64,000 bases of DNA from an uncultured Clostridium sp. (lineage in GTDB: Bacteria; Bacillota; Clostridia; TANB77; CAG-508). Below the pieces are notes generated by a model that made no database searches, was not told the DNA's origin, and saw only the letters and a list, made by a program, of their open reading frames with translations. The stretch lies in assembly GCA_947641575.1 (NCBI GenBank), contig CANRQN010000004.1:18058-82057 (forward strand), written 5' to 3'. The translations under genes were made by a program, and so were the position numbers. Below, piece after piece: positions 53,806 to 63,025 of the stretch (position 1 is its first letter; the number at the start of each line of letters is the position of its first letter).

Positions 53806-53982
53806 TTTGAAATAATTAAAATCTTCTTTCAAGCTCGGATCCGTTCAATCTTCGCAGGAATTCTATGTATCCAAAACGGCACCCTTCCGAGGGTAACTCG
53901 GACGCTTTCCGTTTAATCTACTTAGAATTCCTAAGCTCGATTTCCTACACTCGCTTTTCATTCAGATTTTAATTATTTCAAA
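53806..53982. mobile_element. MITE-like GC-rich palindromic element inserted between hydB and hydA
   Basis: The 19-nt terminal inverted repeats are perfect: tttgaaataattaaaatct and agattttaattatttcaaa. The interior has paired aggaattcta / tagaattcct. Confidence 0.6.
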
Positions 53983-54086
53983 TAAGTATATAATTCACAG
54001 CTAGATTAACTTAAACTCTTTAGTTAGCAGGACATTATAATACTTAAAAGCTGTAAATAATAAATTATAAAAAAGGAGAAAAATTT

Positions 54087-55838
54087 ATGTCTAAAATGAT
54101 TAAACTAAACATAAACGGTACTGATGTAGAAGTCGAAGAAGGAACAACAATTCTAGATGCTGCTAAAAAGGTTAATATTGACATACCAACACTTTGCTTC
54201 TTAAAAGAAATAAACGAAATTGGGGACTGCAGAATGTGTGTTGTAGAAGTAGAAGGAAGACGTGGTTTTGCAACATCTTGCATACAGAAAGCAGAAGAAG
54301 GAATGATAGTTCATACAAACACAGAAAAAGTAATAGAAGCAAGAAAAACAGTGTTAGACTTAATACTATCAAACCATGATAGAGAATGTTTAACATGTGT
54401 AAGAAATGGTAATTGTGAACTTCAAAGACTAGCACAGGAATTTGGTGTAACAGATATAAGGTTTATGGGAGAAAGAAATAGACATGAAATAGATGATAAA
54501 TCTCCAAGTATAGTAAGAGACTTTAATAAATGTGTACTTTGCAGAAGATGTATATCAACTTGTAAAAATGTACAAGGAATTGGAGCAATAGACTGTACAG
54601 ATAGAGGATTTTCATCTTGTATATCTACAGCAGAAAATCATAGCTTAAATGATGTAAACTGTACCTTCTGTGGACAATGTATCCAAAACTGTCCAGTAGG
54701 AGCACTAAAGGAAAAAGATAATACAAAAGAAGTATGGGATAAACTAAAAGACAAAGATACTTTTGTAGTAGTACAAACGGCACCAGCTGTAAGAGTGGGG
54801 ATAGGAGAAGAATTTGGACTTCCTATTCGGAACAAACTCTACACGGGAAAATGGTAACAGCTCTAAAAAGACTAGGATTTGATAAAGTATTTGATACAAA
54901 CACTGGAGCAGACTTTACGATAATGGAAGAAGCAAATGAATTTATAGACAGGATTAAAAATGGAGGAGTACTTCCAATGGCAACATCATGCTGTCCTGCA
55001 TGGGTAAGATACACTGAAATGAATTATCCAGAATTACTACCTCACTTATCAAGCTGTAAATCTCCACACCAAATGTTTGGAGCACTAATAAAATCATATT
55101 ATGCAAAGAAAAATGGAATAGAACCAAGTAAAATATATGTTGTATCAGTGATGCCATGTATTGCTAAAAAATTTGAAAGAACAAGAGAAGATATGCAAGG
55201 AGCAGGTTATGATGATGTAGATGCAGTTATAACAACACGTGAACTTGCAAGAATGATAAAACAGGCACATATAGAATTTGTAGAACTTCCAGATAGCAAA
55301 TATGATAACCCAATGGGAGAAGCAACAGGAGCTGCAGCAATATTTGGTGTAACAGGTGGAGTAATGGAAGCAGCTTTAAGAACAGCTAAAGAAGTACTAG
55401 AACGGAAAAACCTTAGAAAAACTAGAATTTGAGGAAGTAAGAGGAAAAGAAGGAATAAAAAAAGCAAATCTTGAAATTGCAGGAAAGAATATAAGAGTTG
55501 CAGTAGTATCAGGATTAAAAAATGCAGAAAAAGTTATGGAAGAAATAAAGACTGGAAAAGCAGATTTTAACTTTGTAGAAGTAATGTCATGTCCAGGAGG
55601 ATGTATACTAGGAGGAGGACAGCCAATAAAATCAGCAAAAACAAGAAATGTAGTAGATGTATTTGCAAAAAGATCAAATTCCTTATACAATATAGACGAA
55701 AAAAGCAAAATAAGAAAATCACATGAAAACCCTTATCTAAAAGAAGTATATAAAGAGTACTTAAAAGAGCCAGGTTCTCATGAGGCACACAAACTATTAC
55801 ACACAACATATGCCCCAAGAAAGAAATATGATATATAG
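54087..55838 (+). CDS. hydA: [FeFe] hydrogenase catalytic subunit (group A, multimeric type); three +1 shifts at CGG
   Basis: N-terminal 2Fe-2S and 4Fe-4S cysteines. Junctions read GLPI-C-GTNST-C-GKMVTALKRLGFDKVFDTNTGADFTIMEE (54828-30, 54844-46). H-cluster motifs are TSCCPAW, MPCIAKK and VLE-C-GKNLEKLEFEEVRG (55403-05) ...MSCPGGCILGGGQP. Confidence 0.93.
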
Positions 55839-55853
55839 AATATAATAATATGC

Positions 55854-55891
55854 ATAATAATTATTCCCTAGTATAACTGGGGAATAATTAT
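55854..55891 (+). terminator. hairpin after hydA
   Basis: Stem aataattattcccc / ggggaataattat. Confidence 0.55.
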
Positions 55892-56222
55892 CTGTTGTAT
55901 TTTTCTAGTTATCATGCTTTTGATAACTATTAATCCTTCTGAAAGACTTAACTTCGTGTAGTTACATTTTTTACACCTACAATTTTATGCATTTTCAACA
56001 AACAAAAAAATTCTTTTATATTCTATATTCTTATAAACAATGTATTTTTTATCTTTTTTAGCCTTTTATTGTATTGTAGAAATGAAGAGGTATAATAAAT
56101 AATGTTGCATACTAATATTACGTATACAGAATTATTTAATTACATTGATGCTTGTTATTTTACTTGCATCTTTGTAATAGAGAAGAAAAATGTCCATACA
56201 AACAACTTTAGGAGGTCTTTTC

Positions 56223-56693
56223 ATGAATGTATTGTATAAACGGGTCCTTTCGTTGCTTATGGCAATGATTATGATGTTTAGTTGTACTACTTTTGCTTTT
56301 GCTTCGGAACCTACAGAAGTAAATGGTAGTGCTTCTATTCAATCAGCCAACGCATTTGGCAAGAAGCTTGGACCCTATACAGGCTACTCTGATGCAAGTA
56401 ATCATCATTACTACGTGTTTACCTTAGAACAAGCAGCGTACTTGACTGCCATCGCCTCAACACATGCCTTTATGTTTGTCAGAATATACAAACATGACAT
56501 TAGAGGGGAAGTTGTTTATGAGGCTGGTTGGGACAATACAGGTGGTCAGACTATGCAGTTTGTTTTAGACCCTTATGGTGCGTATCCTGTTCAAAGGTTC
56601 CCTGCTGGTGATTATATGATTGATGTTTCATTCAACACCAATGACTTGTTTTACTCATTCTCACTTGTTGCAAATTCTATTATACACATCTAA
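56223..56693 (+). CDS. secreted hypothetical protein, GC-richer; in-frame CGG in the signal-peptide n-region read as Arg in the intact ORF
   Basis: MNVLYKRVLSLLMAMIMMFSCTTFAFASEP, with GGAGG 8 nt upstream. CGG at 56241-56243 (tat aaa cgg gtc). Confidence 0.6.
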   Translation: MNVLYKRVLSLLMAMIMMFSCTTFAFASEPTEVNGSASIQSANAFGKKLGPYTGYSDASNHHYYVFTLEQAAYLTAIASTHAFMFVRIYKHDIRGEVVYEAGWDNTGGQTMQFVLDPYGAYPVQRFPAGDYMIDVSFNTNDLFYSFSLVANSIIHI

Positions 56694-56745
56694 TTGATTT
56701 CCTGGACATTTTTCTTCTCAACTGACTTTCATATTTTGGAACGTC

Positions 56746-56783
56746 AAAAAGGTAGAATTCTATTTTAGAGTTCTACCTTTTAT
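56746..56783. terminator. bidirectional terminator
   Basis: Stem aaaaggtagaa / ttctacctttt. Confidence 0.75.
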
Positions 56784-56822
56784 AAATTTCTGTTATTCTA
56801 ATATTAAATATTCTTTCTAAAA

Positions 56823-57176
56823 TTAATAATTTTTATTTATTGAATGGTTGTTTGTTAAAGCTTCTATTTCTTCCGTCGCTTCATTAAGCATCTTTTCGAA
56901 TTTATATCTTTCTATCTCTTCCTCAAAATCATCATATTTTAAAAAAATGTTTCCAACTTCTACTTTATTATAACCATTTGTCATATCAAAAACTATTATT
57001 TTATATCCCAATCCAAAATATTCTTTAACTTCTTTATCTTCATGCATTACTGTTTTTACACAAAACAAAGGATTCTTATTGTTGATAATTCTATTATAAT
57101 CCACTATTAAAAAAAATACTAGAATTAGTAATATTAATATTACACACGTCAAAATAATCTTTAATTTTTTATTCAT
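56823..57176 (-). CDS. membrane-anchored hypothetical protein
   Basis: MNKKLKIILTCVILILLILVFFLIV, with AAGGAGA upstream. Confidence 0.55.
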   Translation of the reverse strand: MNKKLKIILTCVILILLILVFFLIVDYNRIINNKNPLFCVKTVMHEDKEVKEYFGLGYKIIVFDMTNGYNKVEVGNIFLKYDDFEEEIERYKFEKMLNEATEEIEALTNNHSINKNY

Positions 57177-57334
57177 ATAGTTAGTCTCCTTTTACTTAAA
57201 ATAAATGATTCTATATCGATATTTTCATTTTTATTTAAAATTAAATTGATATTAATTAAATTAATATCATATTGGATAAATATATAAACTATTAATAATA
57301 CAATTGCAATTGTATTATTTGTTTTCTTATTCAT
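57173..57334 (-). CDS. small membrane protein (53 aa, not in the track), translationally coupled (ATGA overlap) to the 56823..57176 gene
   Basis: MNKKTNNTIAIVLLIVYIFIQYDINL... Its TGA overlaps the downstream ATG. Confidence 0.35.
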   Translation of the reverse strand: MNKKTNNTIAIVLLIVYIFIQYDINLININLILNKNENIDIESFILSKRRLTI

Positions 57335-57771
57335 TTCTTCATCTTATTTTTTATATTTTACCACAAAAACACATGTTTGTCAAACGTGATTTCCTCTAAT
57401 TTTTCGGTCGTAAGATTTTTGGGGAAATAATTTCCATATATTAACATTTTTGTGGTGTAAAATTTTGTTGTATTTTGTTTATTTATCATGCCTATGGATA
57501 GACAAAATATTTATCATAAAAGGAAATAGTATAGTAAAAGCATATAAAAGAAAATAAATGAAGGCCAACTGCGAACCAAAAAAGTGGGGTTCTCAACTGA
57601 CCTTCTAATAATTAATTATTAATCTGATTATACAATAAATTAGATTAATAATCAATAGTTTATGCAAAGAAATAAAAATTAAGGTCTACGTTTTTTTGAA
57701 GGGCTGTATATTGTAAAAATACCAAAAATAATGTATAATATTAAAGAAAATATATAGAAAGAGGAATAAAA

Positions 57772-59072
57772 ATGAATGTAGGCTTTATATCTCTAGGATG
57801 TAGCAAAAACCTAGTAGTAACAGAAGAACTTATTGGAATATTTAAAAAGAATAATTTTAACATAGTAAATAACGAAGAAATAGCAGACATAATTGTTATA
57901 AACACATGTGGCTTTATAGAGAGTGCAAAAGAAGAGGCAATAAATTGCATATTAGAAATGTCAGAATACAAAAAGAAAAAGTGTAAATACCTGATAGTAA
58001 TTCGGTTGCTTAGTAGAAAGATATAAAGAAGAACTAGAAAAACTAATTCCAGAAGTAGACCTATTTATCTCAATAAAAGAATATGAAAAAATTTGGGACA
58101 AAATAAAAAAAGTAATAGACTTAAAGGATAATAATAAATATATACTAGACTTTAAAGATAGAGTAATAACAACAGGGGATAACTATGCTTATCTAAAAAT
58201 TGCAGAAGGATGTAGCAATAACTGCACATATTGTGCAATACCATATATTCAAGGAAAGTACATATCAAGAAAAGAAGAAGACATACTAGAAGAAGCAAAA
58301 AACTTAGCTAAAAAAGGAATAAAAGAATTAATAGTAATTGCACAAGACACAGGAAGATATGGAATAGACATATATGGAGAAGCAAAGCTTCCAGAGCTTC
58401 TAAAGAAACTTTGCAAAATAGAAGGATTTAAGTGGATAAGATTTCTATATACATATCCAGAAACAATAACAGAGGAACTAATAGAAGTAGTTAAATCAGA
58501 AGAAAAGATATGCAAATACTTTGACATACCAATACAGCATATATCAGATAAAGTATTAAAAAGAATGAATAGAAAAAGTAATCATAAAGGAATAGAAGAT
58601 ATAGTTACAAAAATAAGGAAAGAAATACCAGAAGTTATTATAAGAACAACACTAATAGTAGGTTTTCCAGGAGAAACAGATGGAGACTATAATGAATTAT
58701 ATAAATTTGTAGAAGAGGCAAAATTGGATAAGCTAGGTGTATTTATGTACTCAAAAGAAGATGGAACTCCAGCAGCAAGGTTAAAAGAACAAATACATCA
58801 TATGACAAAGAAAAAAAGACATAGCAAAATAATGATTCTTCAAAAAGAAATTTCAAAGGAAAATTTACAAAATAAAATAGGAAAAACGTATACAGTAATG
58901 TTAGAAAGTGTAAGTTTTGACAAAAAGTACTATATTCGGAAGAACATACATGGATGTGCCAGAAGAAGATGGAGTAGTATTTATAAAAAGAGAAAAAGAA
59001 CTTGAATTAGGAAGTTTTATAGAATGTAAAATAACTAAAGTTAGTGATTATGACTTGATAGGAGAAATGTAG
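57772..59072 (+). CDS. rimO: ribosomal protein S12 methylthiotransferase RimO; two +1 shifts at CGG
   Basis: MNVGFISLGCSKN...YLIVI-C-GCLVERYKEEL (58003-05). The radical SAM motif is EGCSNNCTYCAIP. The second junction is KKYYI-C-GRTYMDVPEEDGVVFIK (58937-39). Confidence 0.93.
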
Positions 59073-59083
59073 ATAACAAGCAT

Positions 59084-59120
59084 GAAAAGAAGAGCTTTCA
59101 TAAAAGAAGGCTCCTCTTTT
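59084..59120 (+). terminator. hairpin after rimO
   Basis: Stem aaaagaagagc / gctcctctttt. Confidence 0.55.
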
Positions 59121-59213
59121 ACATGTTTAAAATTTGGGGACGTTCCTTAAATTTCATTGCAAAAAAATAAAAAATAATGTATAATACATAAAAAGTAAAA
59201 AATAGAGGGAAAA

Positions 59214-60047
59214 ATGACTATACAAGAAATAATATATAAAGGAATAAAACTTTTAAAAGAAAATAATATAGCAGATCGGATCACTAATTGCAAAAATGAT
59301 ACTTGCTAATATACTAAATATAAAAAGAGAAGAACTAACAATAAGATCAAATGAAGAAATAAAAGAAATGCAAAAAAATGAATTTACAAATAGTATATAT
59401 AAAGTAGCAAAGGGATATCCAGTAGAATACATATTAGGGAAAAAAGAATTCATGAAAATGACCTTTCTAGTAAATGAAAATGTATTAATTCCAAGAGCAG
59501 ATACAGAAATATTAGTAGAAGAGGTACTAGAACTAAGCAAAAGTAGGGATAAGGTATTAGAACTTTGTACTGGAAGTGGTGCTATACGGAATATCACTTG
59601 CAAAATATGGAAAAGATTTAGGCATAACAATGACTGATGTGAGTGAGAAGGCACTAGAAGTTGCAAAGCAAAATGCTAAAAATTTGTTAGATAAAAGTCA
59701 AATAGAATTTATAAAAAGTGATATGTTTGAAAATATAAGTGAAAAGTATGATATTGTTGTTTCAAATCCACCATATATAAAAGAAGATGTAATTAAAGAA
59801 TATAAACTAGAGTATGAACCAAACTTAGCACTAGACCGGGGGAGAAGATGGACTTAAATTCTATAAAATAATAGTAGACGAAGCACATAAATATTTAAGA
59901 ACAAATGGGATTTTAGCATTAGAAATTGGATACGACCAAAAAGAAGAAGTTGAGGATCTAATAGAAAAAAGTCAGAATTATAAAGAGATATATTGCAAAA
60001 AAGATTTGTTTGATAATGATAGAATAATTGTATGTAAGAGGAAGTGA
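59214..60047 (+). CDS. prmC: peptide chain release factor N5-glutamine methyltransferase PrmC; three +1 shifts at CGG
   Basis: Junctions are NIAD-C-GSLIAKMIL (59277-79), ELCTGSGAI-C-GISLAKY (59587-89) and NLALD-C-GGEDGLKFYK (59837-39). VVSNPPYI motif present. Confidence 0.92.
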
Positions 60048-60051
60048 GAAA

Positions 60052-60888
60052 ATGTCTTTTTCTGCAAAAATCAAGGAAGAACTAAGTAAAATAAATATAT
60101 TTGGAAAAATAGATGTCGTTAAAGCTGAGCTATACGGTTATCTTATGACTGTAGACCAAAGTGGAAAGAAGATAGCATTCCTAACAGAGAATGAGTATAA
60201 CATAAACAGACTAAATAAACTTTTAAAAAAATTAGAAATAAATTATAAAATAAAGATGAAAGGGAAAAGTTATAAAATAGAATTCTCAAAGAGTAGTTTT
60301 AGCTTAGATGAAATAGACCCAATAGAGAATGAAGACACAATGAAAGCATTTGTACGTGGAGCATTTTTAGGAAGCGGCTGGGTAACAGAACCAGATACAA
60401 GATACCATTTAGAAATAAGAATAAAAGAAGAAAAGCGGAAGGGACAAGTTAATAGAAGTTATAAATAAATTTAATATTGAAGTAAAGAAACTAGATAGAA
60501 AATATTCATACTCAATATATATAAAAGATCGGAGAAGAAATTTCAAAATTTTTAGCGCTAATTGGTGCAAATATCTCATTACTAAAGTATGAGGACGTAA
60601 GAGTCATAAAAACAACTAAAAATGATGTAAATAGAAAGGTAAATTGTGAAACAGCAAACTTAAACAAAACAGTTAATGCAGCAGTATATCAAATACAAGC
60701 AATAGAAAAACTAAAAAGAGAAAAAAAGTTTGAAAAATTACCTGATACTTTAAAAGAAATAGCAGAAATAAGACTAAAAAATCCAGATATGGCGCTTGTA
60801 GAACTTGGAAAAATGTTAAAAGATCCAATTCGGAAAATCTGGAGTAAATCATAGACTTAAAAGAATTATTCAAATTTCAGAAGAATGA
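60052..60888 (+). CDS. whiA: DNA-binding protein WhiA; three +1 shifts at CGG
   Basis: MSFSAKIKEELSKI... Junctions are KEEK-C-GRDKLIEVINKF (60436-38), YIKD-C-GEEISKFLALIGA (60530-32) and KDPI-C-GKSGVNHRLKRII (60831-33). Confidence 0.92.
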
Positions 60889-61004
60889 GATATGTATTGT
60901 ATTGAGTATATAAGTAAGGTCAATGCTCACAAACTAAAAATATATTAACTTCCCACTATAGATATTAAATGATTTATTATACTCTGAACTTAGAAAGGAA
61001 AGTA

Positions 61005-62116
61005 ATGAAGAAAGAAATTGGAGTGTATATACATATACCATTTTGCAAGTCAAAGTGTTATTACTGTGACTTTATTTCTTTTACAGACAAAAATGATCTT
61101 ATAGAAGAATATATAAAAGCAGTTATTCAAGAGATACAAAATGCAAATTTAGGAAAGTATAGTATAAATACAGTTTATATTGGAGGGGGAACTCCATCAG
61201 TTATTGACAGTAAATATATTTTTAAAATATTAGAAGTATTAAAACCAGATATAACAGTAGATGCAGAAATTACAATAGAAATAAATCCAGGAACAGTAAG
61301 TGAGGAAAAACTAAAAGATTATATAAATGCTGGAATAAATAGAATTAGTATAGGACTTCAGAGTACAAAAAATGAACTATTAAAAGAAATTCGGAAGAAT
61401 ACATAGTTTTGAGGAATTTTTGAATGTATATAAATTAGCACGAAAAGTAGGATTTAAAAATATAAATGTGGACTTAATGCTTGGACTTCCAAATCAAAGT
61501 TTAAATGATTTAAAAGTAAGTTTGAATGAAGTAATTTCACTAAATCCAGAACATATATCAATTTATTCTTTAATACTAGAAGAAGGAACAAAACTAGAAG
61601 AAATGATAAGAACAGGCAAACTAAGAATAGCGGATGAAGAACTAGAGAGAAAGATGTACTGGGAAACGAAGAGAATTTTAAGAGAGAATGGATATATACA
61701 TTATGAAATATCAAACTTTGCTAAAAAAGGTTTTATGTCAAAACACAATTTAGATTGCTGGAATCAAAAAGAATATATAGGTTTTGGTACTGCTAGTCAC
61801 TCGTATTTAGAAGGTATAAGATACTCAAATGCAATAGGTATAAAAGAATATATAGAAAATCATAATATAACTATACATGAAAAGCAGAAAAAAGAAGACA
61901 TGCGGAAGAGAATATATGCTATTAGGTTTAAGAAAAATAGAGGGAATTAGCATAAATGCATATAAGAATAAATTTGGAGAAAATCCAATATTTGTATACA
62001 AAAAAGAACTAGAAAAATTAGTAGGAGAAGATTTATTAGAAATAGATGGAGAATATATAAGGCTAACATATAGGGGATTAGATTTAGCAAATATAGTGTG
62101 GGAGGAGTTTGTATGA
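61005..62116 (+). CDS. hemW: radical SAM family heme chaperone HemW; two +1 shifts at CGG
   Basis: HIPFCKSKCYYCDF. Junctions are LLKEI-C-GRIHSFEEF (61392-94) and KEDM-C-GEEYMLLGLRKIEG (61903-05). Confidence 0.9.
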
Positions 62117-62856
62117 GAGCATTAATCACAGGAGCATCATCAGGAATTGGGAGAGATATGGCAAGAGAATTAGATAAAAGAGGATTTGACTTAGTGTTAG
62201 TTTCAAGAGATAAATCTAAATTAGAAGAAGTCAAAAGTACATTAAAAGGAAATGCTAAGCTTATACCCATGGATTTAAGCGATAGTAAAAACTGCAAGAA
62301 ACTACACGAAATGGCAAAAGATATAGACTTTTTAATAAACAATGCAGGATTTGGAACATTTGGAGAATTTGCAAAAACAGACTTAGATAAAGAAATAGAT
62401 TTAATAAATACAAATATAACAGCAGTTCATATACTTACAAAATTATATTTGAAAGATATGGAAGAAAGGGGAAGCGGGCATATTTTAAATGTAGCGTCAA
62501 TTGCAGGATTTATGCCTGGACCTTTAATGTGTGCATATTACTCTTCAAAGGCTTACGTTGTTAGACTATCAGAAGGAATAAGAGCAGAATTAAAAAAGAA
62601 TAAATCGAATGTAAAGATAAGTGTACTTTGCCCAGGACCAGTAGATACAAACTTTAATAATGTAGCAGGAGTAAAATTTAATTTAAGTTCTCTAACAAGT
62701 GAATATGTTGCTAAATATGCTATATCAAAAGCTTTAAAAAATAAATTTATGATAGTTCCAGGGATAAAAATAAAAATTGCAAGGGTTATGGCTAAAATTT
62801 CACCTAATAATATAACGAGCAAAATAGCGTATATAATGCAAGAAAGAAAAAGATAG
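62113..62856 (+). CDS. SDR family oxidoreductase
   Basis: MRALITGASSGIGRDMAREL ... YYSSKAY. Its ATG overlaps the hemW stop (gtATGA). Confidence 0.88.
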   Translation: MRALITGASSGIGRDMARELDKRGFDLVLVSRDKSKLEEVKSTLKGNAKLIPMDLSDSKNCKKLHEMAKDIDFLINNAGFGTFGEFAKTDLDKEIDLINTNITAVHILTKLYLKDMEERGSGHILNVASIAGFMPGPLMCAYYSSKAYVVRLSEGIRAELKKNKSNVKISVLCPGPVDTNFNNVAGVKFNLSSLTSEYVAKYAISKALKNKFMIVPGIKIKIARVMAKISPNNITSKIAYIMQERKR

Positions 62857-63025
62857 AAAATTATAAAAATATGCAAAATAAGTAATATAAATCAATTACA
62901 AAACTTTACATAAGCAGTTGCTTTTTGATAAAAACTATGATACAATTTATATTGCTTACAAAAGATGTACCAATTAATTACTAATGAATATGATATAAAG
63001 AAATAAACAAAAAGGGGTATGTCTT

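Noticed and set aside
53806-53982. A tRNA or other known structured RNA gene in the GC-rich intergenic patches. This also applies to 25190-25240, 36711-36870, 42048-42240 and 47203-47365
   Set aside because: There is no cloverleaf and no T-loop GTTCRANYC or D-loop signature. The sequences fold as long palindromes typical of repeat elements. I found no tRNA or rRNA anywhere in the window.
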